Assembly (NCBI RefSeq): GCF_001194135.2
Contig: NC_068984.1
Coordinates: 115,154,031 to 115,218,030, forward strand
DNA: 64,000 nt
Direction of reading: 5' to 3'
DNA from: Octopus bimaculoides
Lineage: Eukaryota
Shown: positions 52,026 to 64,000 of the stretch, in pieces
How positions within the stretch are numbered: the stretch's first letter is position 1
How the letters are laid out: each line of letters opens with the position of its first letter
Position numbers and translations under genes: made by a program
Notes under the pieces: generated by a model
What the model was told of the DNA's origin: nothing
The model's database searches: none
Seen by the model: only the letters and a program-made list of their open reading frames with translations

Positions 52026-53209
52026 TTTTATAATCTAAAGATGTCACTCACTAGCATAAACCAGCGTCTTGCTGTAAACAAACTGTCCTATCTCTTCATT
52101 TCTTCGAAATTTCTTGAATACATAACAGTTCATTGAGAATCCCCCGACTCACTTCTCATTTCCATCATCAAGAGCACTATTTCTCCTTCCTCCTCTGATC
52201 ATATCAACCACTCCTCCCAGTCGTAAGCTCGCAGGAATTCTTTCCCAGTACTTTTTTTGTTTTATAGAATTTCTTCAAGAACACTGTGTCGACCTCAAAG
52301 AGCCTCCGATGGACATAAGCATAGCTTCTTGCTCTAGGCCAATCATTAAGAGGAAATAGTGACATCTATATCTAGCGATGTCAAGCATCTACCGAACACC
52401 GTTTTACAATTCGAAAATGATATTAATATCTTTCTTCTTATCACCCCTCTCTCTCATACATGCATTTACACACACACACACACACACACACATGCACACA
52501 CTTATCCATCCTCCATTGTCTCCAAAGCCTCACCCAAAAAAACAAAACAAAAACAATGTTCTCTTATAAACAAAATCCTCAAAAAACATGTTTTATATAG
52601 ATAAGCAAGATTTCTGTATTTTCACAGAATTATATTTGACAAGTTCGAAAGACGAACGAAGACGCTAATGTGGAAATGAAAGTATAAAATAAATGAAAGA
52701 AGTTTTTTTCAAAATTCTGACGACTTTTTTTTCAATATATNNNNNNNNNNNNNNNNNNNNNNNNNNNNNNNNNNNNNNNNNNNNNNNNNNNNNNNNNNNN
52801 NNNNNNNNNNNNNNNNNNNNNNNNNNNNNNNNNNNNNNNNNNNNNNNNNNNNNNNNNNNNNNNNNNNNNNNNNNNNNNNNNNNNNNNNNNNNNNNNNNNN
52901 NNNNNNNNNNNNNNNNNNNNNNNNNNNNNNNNNNNNNNNNNNNNNNNNNNNNNNNNNNNNNNNNNNNNNNNNNNNNNNNNNNNNNNNNNNNNNNNNNNNN
53001 NNNNNNNNNNNNNNNNNNNNNNNNNNNNNNNNNNNNNNNNNNNNNNNNNNNNNNNNNNNNNNNNNNNNNNNNNNNNNNNNNNNNNNNNNNNNNNNNNNNN
53101 NNNNNNNNNNNNNNNNNNNNNNNNNNNNNNNNNNNNNNNNNNNNNNNNNNNNNNNNNNNNNNNNNNNNNNNNNNNNNNNNNNNNNNNNNNNNNNNNNNNN
53201 NNNNNNNNC

Positions 53210-53283
53210 CTGAAGAAGTGCCAAATGTCTAAATTCAATGGACCAGTCACTGGATAAGTTTGGCACAGAAATGTTAACATAGA
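53210..53283 (+). ncRNA. Candidate hammerhead ribozyme emerging from an assembly gap
   Basis: CTGAAGA-A-GTGCCAAA...TTTGGCAC-A-GAAA-TGTTAACA-TA; 8-bp stem II, palindromic TGTTAACA; 5' strand of stem I lies in the gap. Confidence 0.5.
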
Positions 53284-54334
53284 GTGGTGAATAAATCGAT
53301 ATATCGAATTTGAAGTCTCTGTCTCTTTTGAATATGAAAATTTAAAAGTTTAAAAACCTTATAATATAAATATAAACTGTGAGAACGACCCTTAAGGAAT
53401 CTAGTTAATGATCTCCTAAGGTAAGTTCTTATGCTATATTGGTAACGGTTGCTACATCCTCTGGGAAAATTATTATATATATATATATATATATATATAA
53501 ATGTATATATATAACGTAAAAGGGTGGACAGTGGCAGTTCATTCCGTCCTCTACGTGTTTCCGGAACAACGCATTAATTAGATAATCAATTAAACATGAA
53601 ATTACATGTAAATACATGTATTAAGTGTCCGCCACATCTTCAGGCCCTGGAACTGCATTGGTAACGAAATGCATATACCAACGATCCGATCCCAAAACCT
53701 TACAACCAAACTCCAAATTCTTTCATGGAGATATTTGAGCTTCTTTTACTTTGTGGGTGTAAATCTTAATTTTCACCTAACAATCATAAAGTACTAGACC
53801 GTTGATTTATTATACATTTAGTATAATAAACACAAAACTAGAGACACAGTAAGATTTACTAACTCGGTTTCAGCCATTGCACTTCATTTGTCAAACGCAA
53901 ACTATTTTTTTTAACGTTTATAACATTTATAATTAATTTAAACCGTCATCTATAATCGTTTTAATTCAATTATCTGTTAAATAGCTTTATCACACCCTCT
54001 GCATTACTTTTTCGTAACTGTTTCTATTCTTCCGTTCTCTCCTTCTTCAACCCCTTATTCCTCTCCCATTATTTATTGACATTTTGCTAACAAACTGCTA
54101 CACATGTTCTCTATAAAGCAACACTTTATTTTATCACCACTCTCTCTCTACTTCTCTTCATTTTTCAATCACTTACACCACTGACAAGTTAGATATTTAA
54201 AAGGATATTGACGTATTCTCTTTTCCTTCTTTGACCATTTACTCTTTTCCCACTTTCTTCTTTCTTTTTCTCTCTTCTTTTCTATTTTCCCTTCTTTCTC
54301 TCTTCTCTGATTCATTTTGATTACCTTTATCACT

Positions 54335-54367
<33 letters not shown>

Positions 54368-54718
54368 NNNNNNNNNNNNNNNNNNNNNNNNNNNNNNNNN
54401 NNNNNNNNNNNNNNNNNNNNNNNNNNNNNNNNNNNNNNNNNNNNNNNNNNNNNNNNNNNNNNNNNNNNNNNNNNNNNNNNNNNNNNNNNNNNNNNNNNNN
54501 NNNNNNNNNNNNNNNNNNNNNNNNNNNNNNNNNNNNNNNNNNNNNNNNNNNNNNNNNNNNNNNNNNNNNNNNNNNNNNNNNNNNNNNNNNNNNNNNNNNN
54601 NNNNNNNNNNNNNNNNNNNNNNNNNNNNNNNNNNNNNNNNNNNNNNNNNNNNNNNNNNNNNNNNNNNNNNNNNNNNNNNNNNNNNNNNNNNNNNNNNNNN
54701 NNNNNNNNNNNNNNNNNN

Positions 54719-54758
<40 letters not shown>

Positions 54759-56198
54759 TAGCAGAAGTAACAGAGTGACTCAAGGTCCGAGAGTTTCGTG
54801 CGTATATACAACGTATCGCCCTTTGCTTCTATGACCTATTCAATCTATTTTAAAAATGAATTTATGAAGTAGATTTTAACTAATTGCCACAATGAACTTT
54901 ATTACCAAGTAATTGTGTTTGCATGTATTTTCTACAATACAATATCTTTCTTCATTAGCGTACGTTCAGTATAGTAGTGACACTTACCAAATACAGAACA
55001 GAGTCATTTACGTTAATATTTCCCGCTAAATTTTCTACATGATTTACAACCCCCACATGAATACACACACACAAATATACATACACATGTCTATATACGA
55101 ACGGACACACGTATTTATAACATATAAGGAAAGACTTGCAGAACAATGCCGCGATTTTAATAATAGCTTCGGTCGTTCAATGTTAATTCCCAATATATCC
55201 ATTACATGATATTCTGAAATATGGCATATTGGAAAGATTATTATTATTATATCTCGTTGCTACAGCCATCAGCAACGCAAACACCCTCACAATCGCCACC
55301 ACAACTACACTAAGAGCCCATATTTGTAAAAACTACAACTATACGCATTTACTGCTGATTTTATTTCAATGTTGATAACTACTAACGACAACCGTTAGAG
55401 GGGGGAAAAAAAAAAAAACGTCTGACGCATCAACGAGGGAATTGCTACCTGGTCGCACAACCTGCATGAAATAGAAGCTAAATCTGCCACATATCACGTT
55501 CTAACGTCTCATAAAAAACAGGACATATGCTGATAATGTAGACCTGTGTGCTTTATAACTGATGGAATGGTTATGGTTTGAATACCTTTCATATGTTTAG
55601 TCAGGAGCTGAGATGAGGCTGAACCAAAACTACCACCGCTACGACAGCAAGAGCAATAACAATAACAATAGTTGACGAATTGGCTATGTGCTCTGGTACT
55701 TGCCTCTTTGAGATCAAATCCCGCCGTGGTCAGTTTTGCTTTTCATTCTTTCAAGGCAGATAAAAAAGGACCAATCCAGGGCGATGGATTGACAGCACTG
55801 TAAGAACGTCAGATTGAATGCCTTGCGGTTTTGGTTCCAGTTATTTGTTTGCTAAATTCAAATCCCACCTTCAGATGATAAACTTAACTTGTCATCCGGT
55901 GTAAAACTACCATCACCAGCTACCTTGGGTACCTTTAGCAAAGTCCACTCTATTGCAAGCATTTGCGCCATGCCTCGGATTTGAGGATACTATCCTCCCC
56001 GCTTTCCACTAGTCTCAGAGACATTGTGAATGATCATAGGCACTACCTTTCCTGCTGACTAAAACATAAAAATAAAATAAAATAAAATAAAATAAAAAAC
56101 AACAGCATGTAAGCATAACAAACAAACGAGGAAGCCTCAATGTGATCTCCTGATCTACTAAAAGTAACAATCAAATCTTTATATAACACGAAGCTTAA

Positions 56199-56426
56199 CC
56201 CATTAAGTCCCAGAATACTTAAATTTCTGAATATTACTTTTAAATTCTTAAAGATGATTGAAAATAGATTAAAACGAAAAAAAAAAAAAATTATTAAAAC
56301 TTCTTTACTTCAAGTAGAAATGGAAATACTCGGTGTCCTATAATTAGGACACTGAGACAATGTGATATAGCTTATTTAATGTTCTCATTTTAGTGTCCTA
56401 TTTATAGGACAGTGGGACTTAATGTG
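56199..56426. mobile_element. piggyBac-type MITE (228 bp)
   Basis: TTAA on both flanks; TIR CCCATTAAGTCCCAG / GTGGGACTTAATGTG (13/15); internal repeated GTGTCCTAT..TAGGACA hairpins. Confidence 0.75.
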
Positions 56427-58839
56427 TTAAATACGCTGTTTTGAAATAATGATCACAAGTCTGCACGATCATGGTTAACTGAGGCTGAACATCAACAATA
56501 TATATGACGTTGTTTTTACTTTGGTATCGGACGCGAACCGATGCTGTCAACGCGATATGCCTGTAACTATATAAAATCTTTGAAGTGATATCGTCGTGAG
56601 ATTAATTTTGAACTTCTAACGCATACTTTATGGGATCAAGTACACGATAAGCATTTTGTCATATTTCTGAACGTGATACAGTATTCTATATTGCCTCAAA
56701 CTACTTTCGTACCAAGGAATACGGAATTATTTTACGAGAAATGTCAATAAGGTTAATCCCACGATGTTTTCTAAGCACACAAAAGGTGAAGAAATCGACT
56801 CTATTTATCTCACCGGTGCGTAGGATTAATAAATACGTTATATTGTAGATGAGAACAAGAAAGACTGAGCCAGGAGCATCTGCATCTGATTATGAATGTA
56901 TGCTGCTTGTTTGTGAATACTGATGTTATGTAAATATATGGATGTAAATATAGAAATATATTGCATTAGCTTTACAAATCTCTCGGAATTATGTTTTAAC
57001 TGAATCAATGTAGTAATAGAAGTGGGATGGAATCGGAAGAAAAACTAAAAATAAAAAGAACCAAACTTAATATAATTTTTATTATTTCGCATTTGTACTC
57101 TGACAGAATTTAATGTTAAGACTGTGGTCAAACAGCAGCAACCAAGCAATTACACGAGGGAGCAAAAATTATTCTTTATAACTTCAAGAATGAAAGTATC
57201 TGGTTCTTACAACTCTGTAACATTTCTCTATCAGTTCAGGCTTTGTACTGCATGCAATTTTTAAATATCTATATAGCTGTACCATTTTTTAGAATACTAT
57301 CAAAACGACAGTTTAAAAACTAACTTGGTGTCATTTAGTGCTATACTTTAACGACATATTGCACACTATTGCTTGTTAAGACTGAAAAAGGTCATTTGCT
57401 ATTTCAAAATAGCATTCGGGTTGTAAACTTGAACCTAAAATTTTAGCCTACTACTTAGATAAATTTAAATTTCGAACCCGGTAATCCAGATCTCTATGTA
57501 ACAGTAAATAGTTGATTGGAAGAAGAGTTAATCTGTAACGTTAATAAGAAATGTCTTCAACTTTTTCTTTCCTCGTGACTTACGCCAATATAATTTGATT
57601 CAGAATCACGTGAAGTCACGTGCTCATGAGGATTTAGTACTGATAGTTGAGCACTGTGGGTATTTGGTCTCATTACAAGCAGGTGGATTAAGATATTTAA
57701 GGAATCTATTTTTGAAGTGATTCCGTTTGTGCTCACAAAGCAGAAATAGCAAGTCTCTTGTGCGATCTTTGGACTCCCTCTAAATCATTGTAATAACAAA
57801 TGACACGTGACATGAACCGTTAGCCATCCTGCTATTAGTTCTATACATATCACACAACTAATGCAAGGAAGCCCAACTCTTGTCCTGGCCACTCCCTGTA
57901 CATGCGAAATCGGTTCGTAGCATATTTTTTTTAATGACGTACAGTTTCCGGGATTTCGAAGTACATTTCAACATGTACATGGCTGAACGAATTGATAATT
58001 AAGACAATATGATAATGCATCAATATGAGCACGGAAGTAAATTAGAATTAAGAAACAACACGAGCTGGTAGCCGATACTAAGGCATTTACAAGCAGATTG
58101 TCCGACACGTAGACAACGGGCTCATGTTTGAATAGATATAAACGTTTTAATTTCCAAAAGATGGCTGCTTGCCCAAATTTAAACCACCTTCTTTATCAAA
58201 AAATTCTCACCTAATGAATAAATTGAACTATATTTACATGAAAAGTATTACTGCCAATATGCTAATAAAGTCTGTAATTATTGTTATATTAATATGTAAT
58301 TCCTTTTTTCCAATGATAAATGTTGTTGGAAAATTAACATAACGTCACGTGGAAATGAGAAGTGGTAAAATGCTACGAAGTGTACCAAAATAAATGAAGA
58401 ATGAACTTTTCCATCCTTAACTTCAAGCAAAAATTGATATACAAGCACCATGGGGAGGTGCATGTCATTCACTCTTGTGTCGACTATATTTTTGAGAACA
58501 CTGTATTTTGATATTGTTAAATACAACGAAGTACTTTAGTAAGTGATGAGTAAATTGAAATGACTAAGTAAAATCGATTGATATAACCACAGCATATCTC
58601 TGGTACTCATTTCAGTCAGCTTCTGAAACGAATTTAAATCCTGACGAGGTAATCCAGATCTTTTTGCGACATTAAGTGTGTGTTTCATTAGAGAAAGGGT
58701 TAATCTAAAATTCTGTGTCAGAAATGTCACCATTTGATTCCTCATCCGCTGAAGTCATATGCTCAGGAGAATTTAGTACTAAAACTACTATGAATTGAGT
58801 ATCAAATTTGGGGAAATTTGATCTTATTAGAAGCAGGTA

Positions 58840-59170
58840 AAGGACCCCCTTCGGCCATGAATGACCATGGGATTGCACCTAAAAAGTTCCCCTCTGAGGC
58901 ACAAGTCCAGGCAAGGTTGTTTATTGAAGATCAGCAGTCGCCCATGTCTGCCAGCCTGCCCTCCCCGCGCCACCGATGTTATCCAAGGGAAAGACAAAGG
59001 GCGATACAGCTTGACACTAGTGACGTCACAAGCCATTTCTGCAGCTGAGTGAACTGGAGCAACGTGAAATAAAGTGTCTTGCTCAAGAACACAACACACA
59101 GCCCGGTCCGGGAATCGAACTACTTCGTCATGGTTGTGAGTTCGACGGTCTAACCACAGAACCATGCGTC
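58840..59170 (-). mobile_element. Family-D-related tRNA-derived SINE
   Basis: B box GTTCGATTCCC, TTGAGCAAGACAC...GCTCCAGT core; exact 12-bp TSD TAGAAGCAGGTA at 58828-58839 and 59171-59182. Confidence 0.9.
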
Positions 59171-59401
59171 TAGAAGCAGGTAGATTAAAATATTTACCAA
59201 TGACGATCCCGCTAGAAATACATATAAAATCGGTCAGTGATTCATAAATCCGAAAAGAAGCACACTCTAAAACTTTAGAGCAATAATATTTAAAGAGAGG
59301 TTATATTCCTCCGACCAGCGAGTCTGACGAGTCACCTATACCACTAAGAATTCTATAGGTGTGGAATCAATGGTCACTCTCTGACCGGCCGTAACCAACA
59401 T

Positions 59402-59442
<41 letters not shown>

Positions 59443-61027
59443 TACCCGCGCGCATACACACATTTGTGTGTGAGTATATACGTATGTGCATGTGTGTGTA
59501 TGTATGTATGTATATGCCTATACACATATATGTGTGAGTGTGTAAAGAGAGAGTGGCGAATAAAACAAAATGTTTCATGTTATTTATCCCATCTACATTT
59601 TCCCTCAATTCACTGCTTAGTTATTTGTTCACTAAATGCTAATGCAAAGTTGAACATATAAAATAACGATAAAAGAAATTACATATATGAATAGAATATA
59701 CGTGCCTATGATAAGATAAAGACGTAAAAAAATCAAATGCGCAAAAGAGTAATTCCAATTCTTGTTTCAATAAAGCTGAACAAAAGAAGGCGACAGAATA
59801 CCAAAAAACTAAACAATACATATATGCAAATTGAGTTTGGTCTTTCAGACAATGAGTTAGAGTCAAGTAAACTAAAATAGATTTCCAGTTATTAGATGAT
59901 AGAAGCTGGGAATATTAGTCTAGTGTGAAATTAAGGAAATGTCTAATGACATCACTATAGGCATTATACAGTCACAAAATTACTTTGGAATCAGAAATTG
60001 GACTGGTAATTGAAATATATGTATGTGTGTGTGTGTGTGTGTGTAACATACATATGTATGTAGGTATATGTGTATGAATATATGTATAGATAGTTTGAGA
60101 GAGAGATAGATAGATGACATACATATGTATGTATGTATATATATTGTCCAAGACTTCCTTCTTTGTCGTCATTTGACGAACGCCTCCTTGCTGTGAAAAG
60201 TAAAATTTAAAATAATAGAAAAATGCTGAACTGTCTGTGTCTGTTACTCTCTCCCTCTCTTCTCTCTCTCTCTCTCACCTTCTCTCTTTTCTTTTGTCTT
60301 TCTCTCTCTCTTTCTCTCTTCTCTTTCTCTCTCTTTCCCTCTCTTTCTCTCATTGTTTGTCTAGTATGTATGTATGTAAGCACGTATGTATTCGTGCTTA
60401 TATGTATGTATGCCTACATGTATGTATTTATTTATGTATATGTGTACTTATGTTCATATTTATGTTTGTATGAATACAAATATTTCTATATATGTATGAA
60501 CTTACGTCATACATATATACATACATGAATACAATTAAGTTCGTTATTCTCTTCTGCTATTTCTTTGATGATGATTTTTCTTACGAATTAGTTTCTTTAC
60601 GAACTTGAAACTAAACTTTAACGGCAAATCAAGACATGTTTAATCTATTATATATTTATTCAATAATGGTCCAATTGCATATTTATTTCAACCTGACAGA
60701 TCTCGTCAGTGCAATTTTAAACGTATAGGCGAGTTACATTTGTGAAGTTGAAGAAATCAGTTAACTCGAAAGTGATAATATAGTTTCAAAGTCTCGTAAA
60801 GGTAATAATCACAGATATACACATACACGCACACGCACATAACCACACACACGCGAAGACGTGTAAGAGCGGGCATGGCTTAAATGTTAAGAATTTCGAT
60901 TAGTAAACACAAGGTTTCAGGTTCAATTTGCGCGAGTATCTTCTACTATAACCCCCGACTGACTAAGGCATTGTGAATGAATTTGGTAAACGGAAACTAT
61001 GTGAAAGCCAGCTGGAAATATATGTAA

Positions 61028-61067
<40 letters not shown>

Positions 61068-61230
61068 NNNNNNNNNNNNNNNNNNNNNNNNNNNNNNNNN
61101 NNNNNNNNNNNNNNNNNNNNNNNNNNNNNNNNNNNNNNNNNNNNNNNNNNNNNNNNNNNNNNNNNNNNNNNNNNNNNNNNNNNNNNNNNNNNNNNNNAAA
61201 TCCAAAATTAAGGAATGGAGTATATAAAAT

Positions 61231-61320
61231 CCTGGCTACACATGTTTCATAGCGAGCAGTGCTTCGGAAGTAGCAATTATCCAAACAAGGAATAATCTGT
61301 TAACTACTCGTCGGGCCAAG
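61231..61320 (-). ncRNA. Candidate hammerhead ribozyme between (TA)n tracts
   Basis: CTTGGC-CCGACGA-GTAG...CTAT-GAAA-CATGTG-TA-GCCAGG; 6-bp stem I, GUA triplet, U4C core variant. Confidence 0.6.
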
Positions 61321-63009
61321 GATATATATGTATATATATATATATATAGATATATATATATATATATATATACATACACATAGCATGTATGCGCCTTGTG
61401 TGACCTTATGTTAAACATAAATTGTAGTTCTATCGCTATCTAATGCTATTTAAGACCTGCAACAACCTATATTATTGTTGTTGTTATTATCAACTATTTA
61501 TATTTACCAGACAAAACCTTTCACAACATCGTTGCAGTGCAATGGATGAAGCAAGTAAAAAAAAAAAGAATATAACCTATAAATATATTAGATTTGTAAT
61601 TTCGTTAGAGATTTAATTTCCTATGCACTGTATCGGGCTTTATTTACCTGATTATGTAATTACTAACTTAATCAATTCACCCGATCAACTTTGATAAATA
61701 AGATACGAAAATTATTTGCCGCTCTATGTTTATGACCGTTATGCCAAAAGTATATCAGAACTTAAATGTACCCATACATTTAAAAATATGTAGGAATACT
61801 GGAAAGCTTTGCAATAAAATCAGTAACTCAATTAGAAGGAAAAAGATAGACATATTTACCTCTAGAAAACCAATAAAATTCATGGTCTGTGAAGGAATCG
61901 TCTAAAGTTGTTTTAAAAAAGAACGTTTATGATTACTGCGACAACTTCAACCCTGGTATTATTTTTAAACTGTTTTATTTGTACTAATTGTCAGAGTTAC
62001 ATTGGACGATGTAACAACAGCTTTACATGAAAAAAAAAAAAAACTCTGAAATTGGAGGAGTTTTCCCAAGAATAACGAAGTAAACTGACACGCACTCCAC
62101 CCAAAAACTAATGAATGAGTGGTACAATGAAGTTTTTGCAAAATATTTCTAAGTTTCAGCGTTTGAGTTTTCTGAGATGAATATGTACACATCATCATTT
62201 ATGCACACGGTATGCGTACATATAGACAAGCACGCATATACATACATACAAAGCGAACATACTCTCGTGTAGAGAGGAGACATATGCATCCTGGTATTTA
62301 TTATCGGTATTTTCATATAGCCCACACATTCCATAAGATATCCTGTTACTTATTAGAGTTGATAAATCTAACGGCTTATACCGGAAGCTTTACAATCTCG
62401 GGAAATTACTCTTTTGGAATCTCCAGTTCAGTAAAGACACTGCATCCGTTAATATCACCTACGCAACATTTTAAAATAAGTTTCACTACACGCAAGCGAT
62501 TTTCACATATGTGTTATTTTTCATGCTATCTAATTTTTCCGTTTTCTCTTTGTATTTAAAAAAATCTCAAACACATAGCATATACCATCACTTCCATTAT
62601 AACGCTCCGGGTGACCGCCTGAGTTACCGCTAACTGCAAGCAACTGGTCTCGCTTATACTCTTGTTTATAGAAATATACGTTTACTACTCTGAAGTTGGT
62701 TAACTCGTACTCAAATGTTTACAAGTCCTTGAAATTGTCTTGACTGATATGAAGTACACTTCTCACTTTGTTAGAGGCCAGCTTTAATCCTGCGACAAAG
62801 AATTTTAATAAATTTCAATGAAAATATACATACATACATACATACATTATATATGTGCGTCTGTGTGTGTCTATCTATAAATGTTTGTATTTATATCTAT
62901 ACACGTATATATCTGTATATATGTATAAGTATAGATGTATAAGTGCATGCGTGCGTGTGTGTGCGTGCGTATATGTGTGTATGTGTGCGTGTGTGTGTGT
63001 GTGTGTTTA

Positions 63010-63515
63010 CAGGGTGCGGTGAATATATTGTCTAAATTACGCAAAAATGAAAATAGCACTGACATCTTATTTTAACAGATATGTTTACCAAAATTACATA
63101 AAAACATCTTGAAATACTAAAGAGTAAATTTATTCGATAAAATCGCCATTGGTTTCGACCATGGCCTCCAGACGACTTCGCAATCTCCTGCAGCTCTTCT
63201 GGACGGTCTTCTTGTTTAAGTTGATGAATGTTGCAATAATCCTTGCCTTCAATTCATGTTTGGTGTTACAAGGAGTTTTGTTTGTCTCTCGCTCAACTGC
63301 GCCCCGCACTTAATAATTGAGGGGGTTGCAGTTTGGGGAGTTAGGTGGCCAGATGTTAGGGGTGATGTGGTAGCAGAAATTGTCTGACAGCCATGACTAG
63401 GTTCTCCTGCTTGTGTGACATGGTGCAGAGTCCTGTTGCCAGACACTGGGTCTTCCAGCAGCCACCCTCTTGACCCAGAGCATCACTCCTCCAGGCACTT
63501 GTTGGCAGCTTCTGT
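63010..63515 (-). mobile_element. Tc1/mariner DD37D (maT-like) 3' fragment
   Basis: TA + CAGGGTG terminus; WQQDSAPCH...WPPNSPNCNPLNY*VRGAVE with 37 residues between the second D and the (mutated) third catalytic position. Confidence 0.85.
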
Positions 63516-63536
63516 GTTGAGTCTGAGGCCGTGTGG

Positions 63537-63745
63537 TTTTCAATTGCCATAAAAGATCCGCCAGTGATGTCACGTGTCGCTTGTTTAATTTTCTAAAGCT
63601 AGAAACATGATTTCTATATCGATTCTTGATAAAATCAGCCGTGACACCAACATACACATAAGGGCCTCCCCGCGTGTGCACAGTGCATTTATAGATATGT
63701 TACGCGTCATGCAAAGAATATTCAATGAGCAATTAAATAGGTGCA
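63537..63745 (-). pseudogene. Penelope-like element GIY-YIG endonuclease fragment
   Basis: C.LN..C....IYKCTV...YVYVGVTADFIKNRYRNHVSSFR...TSLADLLWQLK resembles the PLE pattern (CPL.G.C; IY..YIG.T; K.RY.NH..SF; T.L...W.LK). Confidence 0.75.
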
Positions 63746-64000
63746 GGACCGCGTCTATTTGTGTGTGCGTCTGTCTAACTCTTAAAATCTCTCAATACAG
63801 CGAAGCTCATTAGTAAATCTCCCAGCTTAAAACCTTATTATCTCACCTGAGAAGTATTCTATGCACTGTGAGTTGCATCTGGTGTTATTGCATTGTTCCA
63901 CGCCCACAAGGGAACAGTGTATCTTGCAGATGAAACAATTGTGGTAATATTAATTTGTTTTTGTTGGTACATTCCGTCTTCTTCTCTTTTTATCTTTAAT

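Noticed and set aside
54780-54835. Possible hammerhead on minus strand near (TA)n
   Set aside because: GAAAC present but no recognisable CUGANGA core or UH site.
2319-62559. Many 60-290 aa ORFs rich in YI/HT/CV/ER/LS or X
   Set aside because: Translations of dinucleotide microsatellites or read-through of N gaps.

Overview
AT-rich, microsatellite-dense eukaryotic DNA from a gapped draft assembly (12 N-gaps, most flanked by dinucleotide repeats). The SINE families resemble the tRNA-derived SINEs of octopus, so the source is probably a cephalopod (inference). No intact protein-coding gene is supported; a few candidate exons are weak. Recognisable content is mobile DNA: four SINE families (four copies with 12-15 bp target-site duplications), an R4/Dong-like LINE 3' end in (AAT)n, an RTE fragment, a 1.6-kb retroelement encoding only a gag-like ORF1, a full-length disabled Tigger/pogo, two Tc1/mariner relics, hAT and piggyBac MITEs, a hAT transposase fossil and a Penelope-type GIY-YIG fragment. 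The most interesting signal is a set of at least six mutually dissimilar modules carrying minimal hammerhead-ribozyme motifs with palindromic stem III, several built as long inverted repeats or lying next to (TA)n. One joins a tRNA-like Pol III head to a hammerhead, suggesting a Penelope-mobilised SINE/retrozyme-like system.
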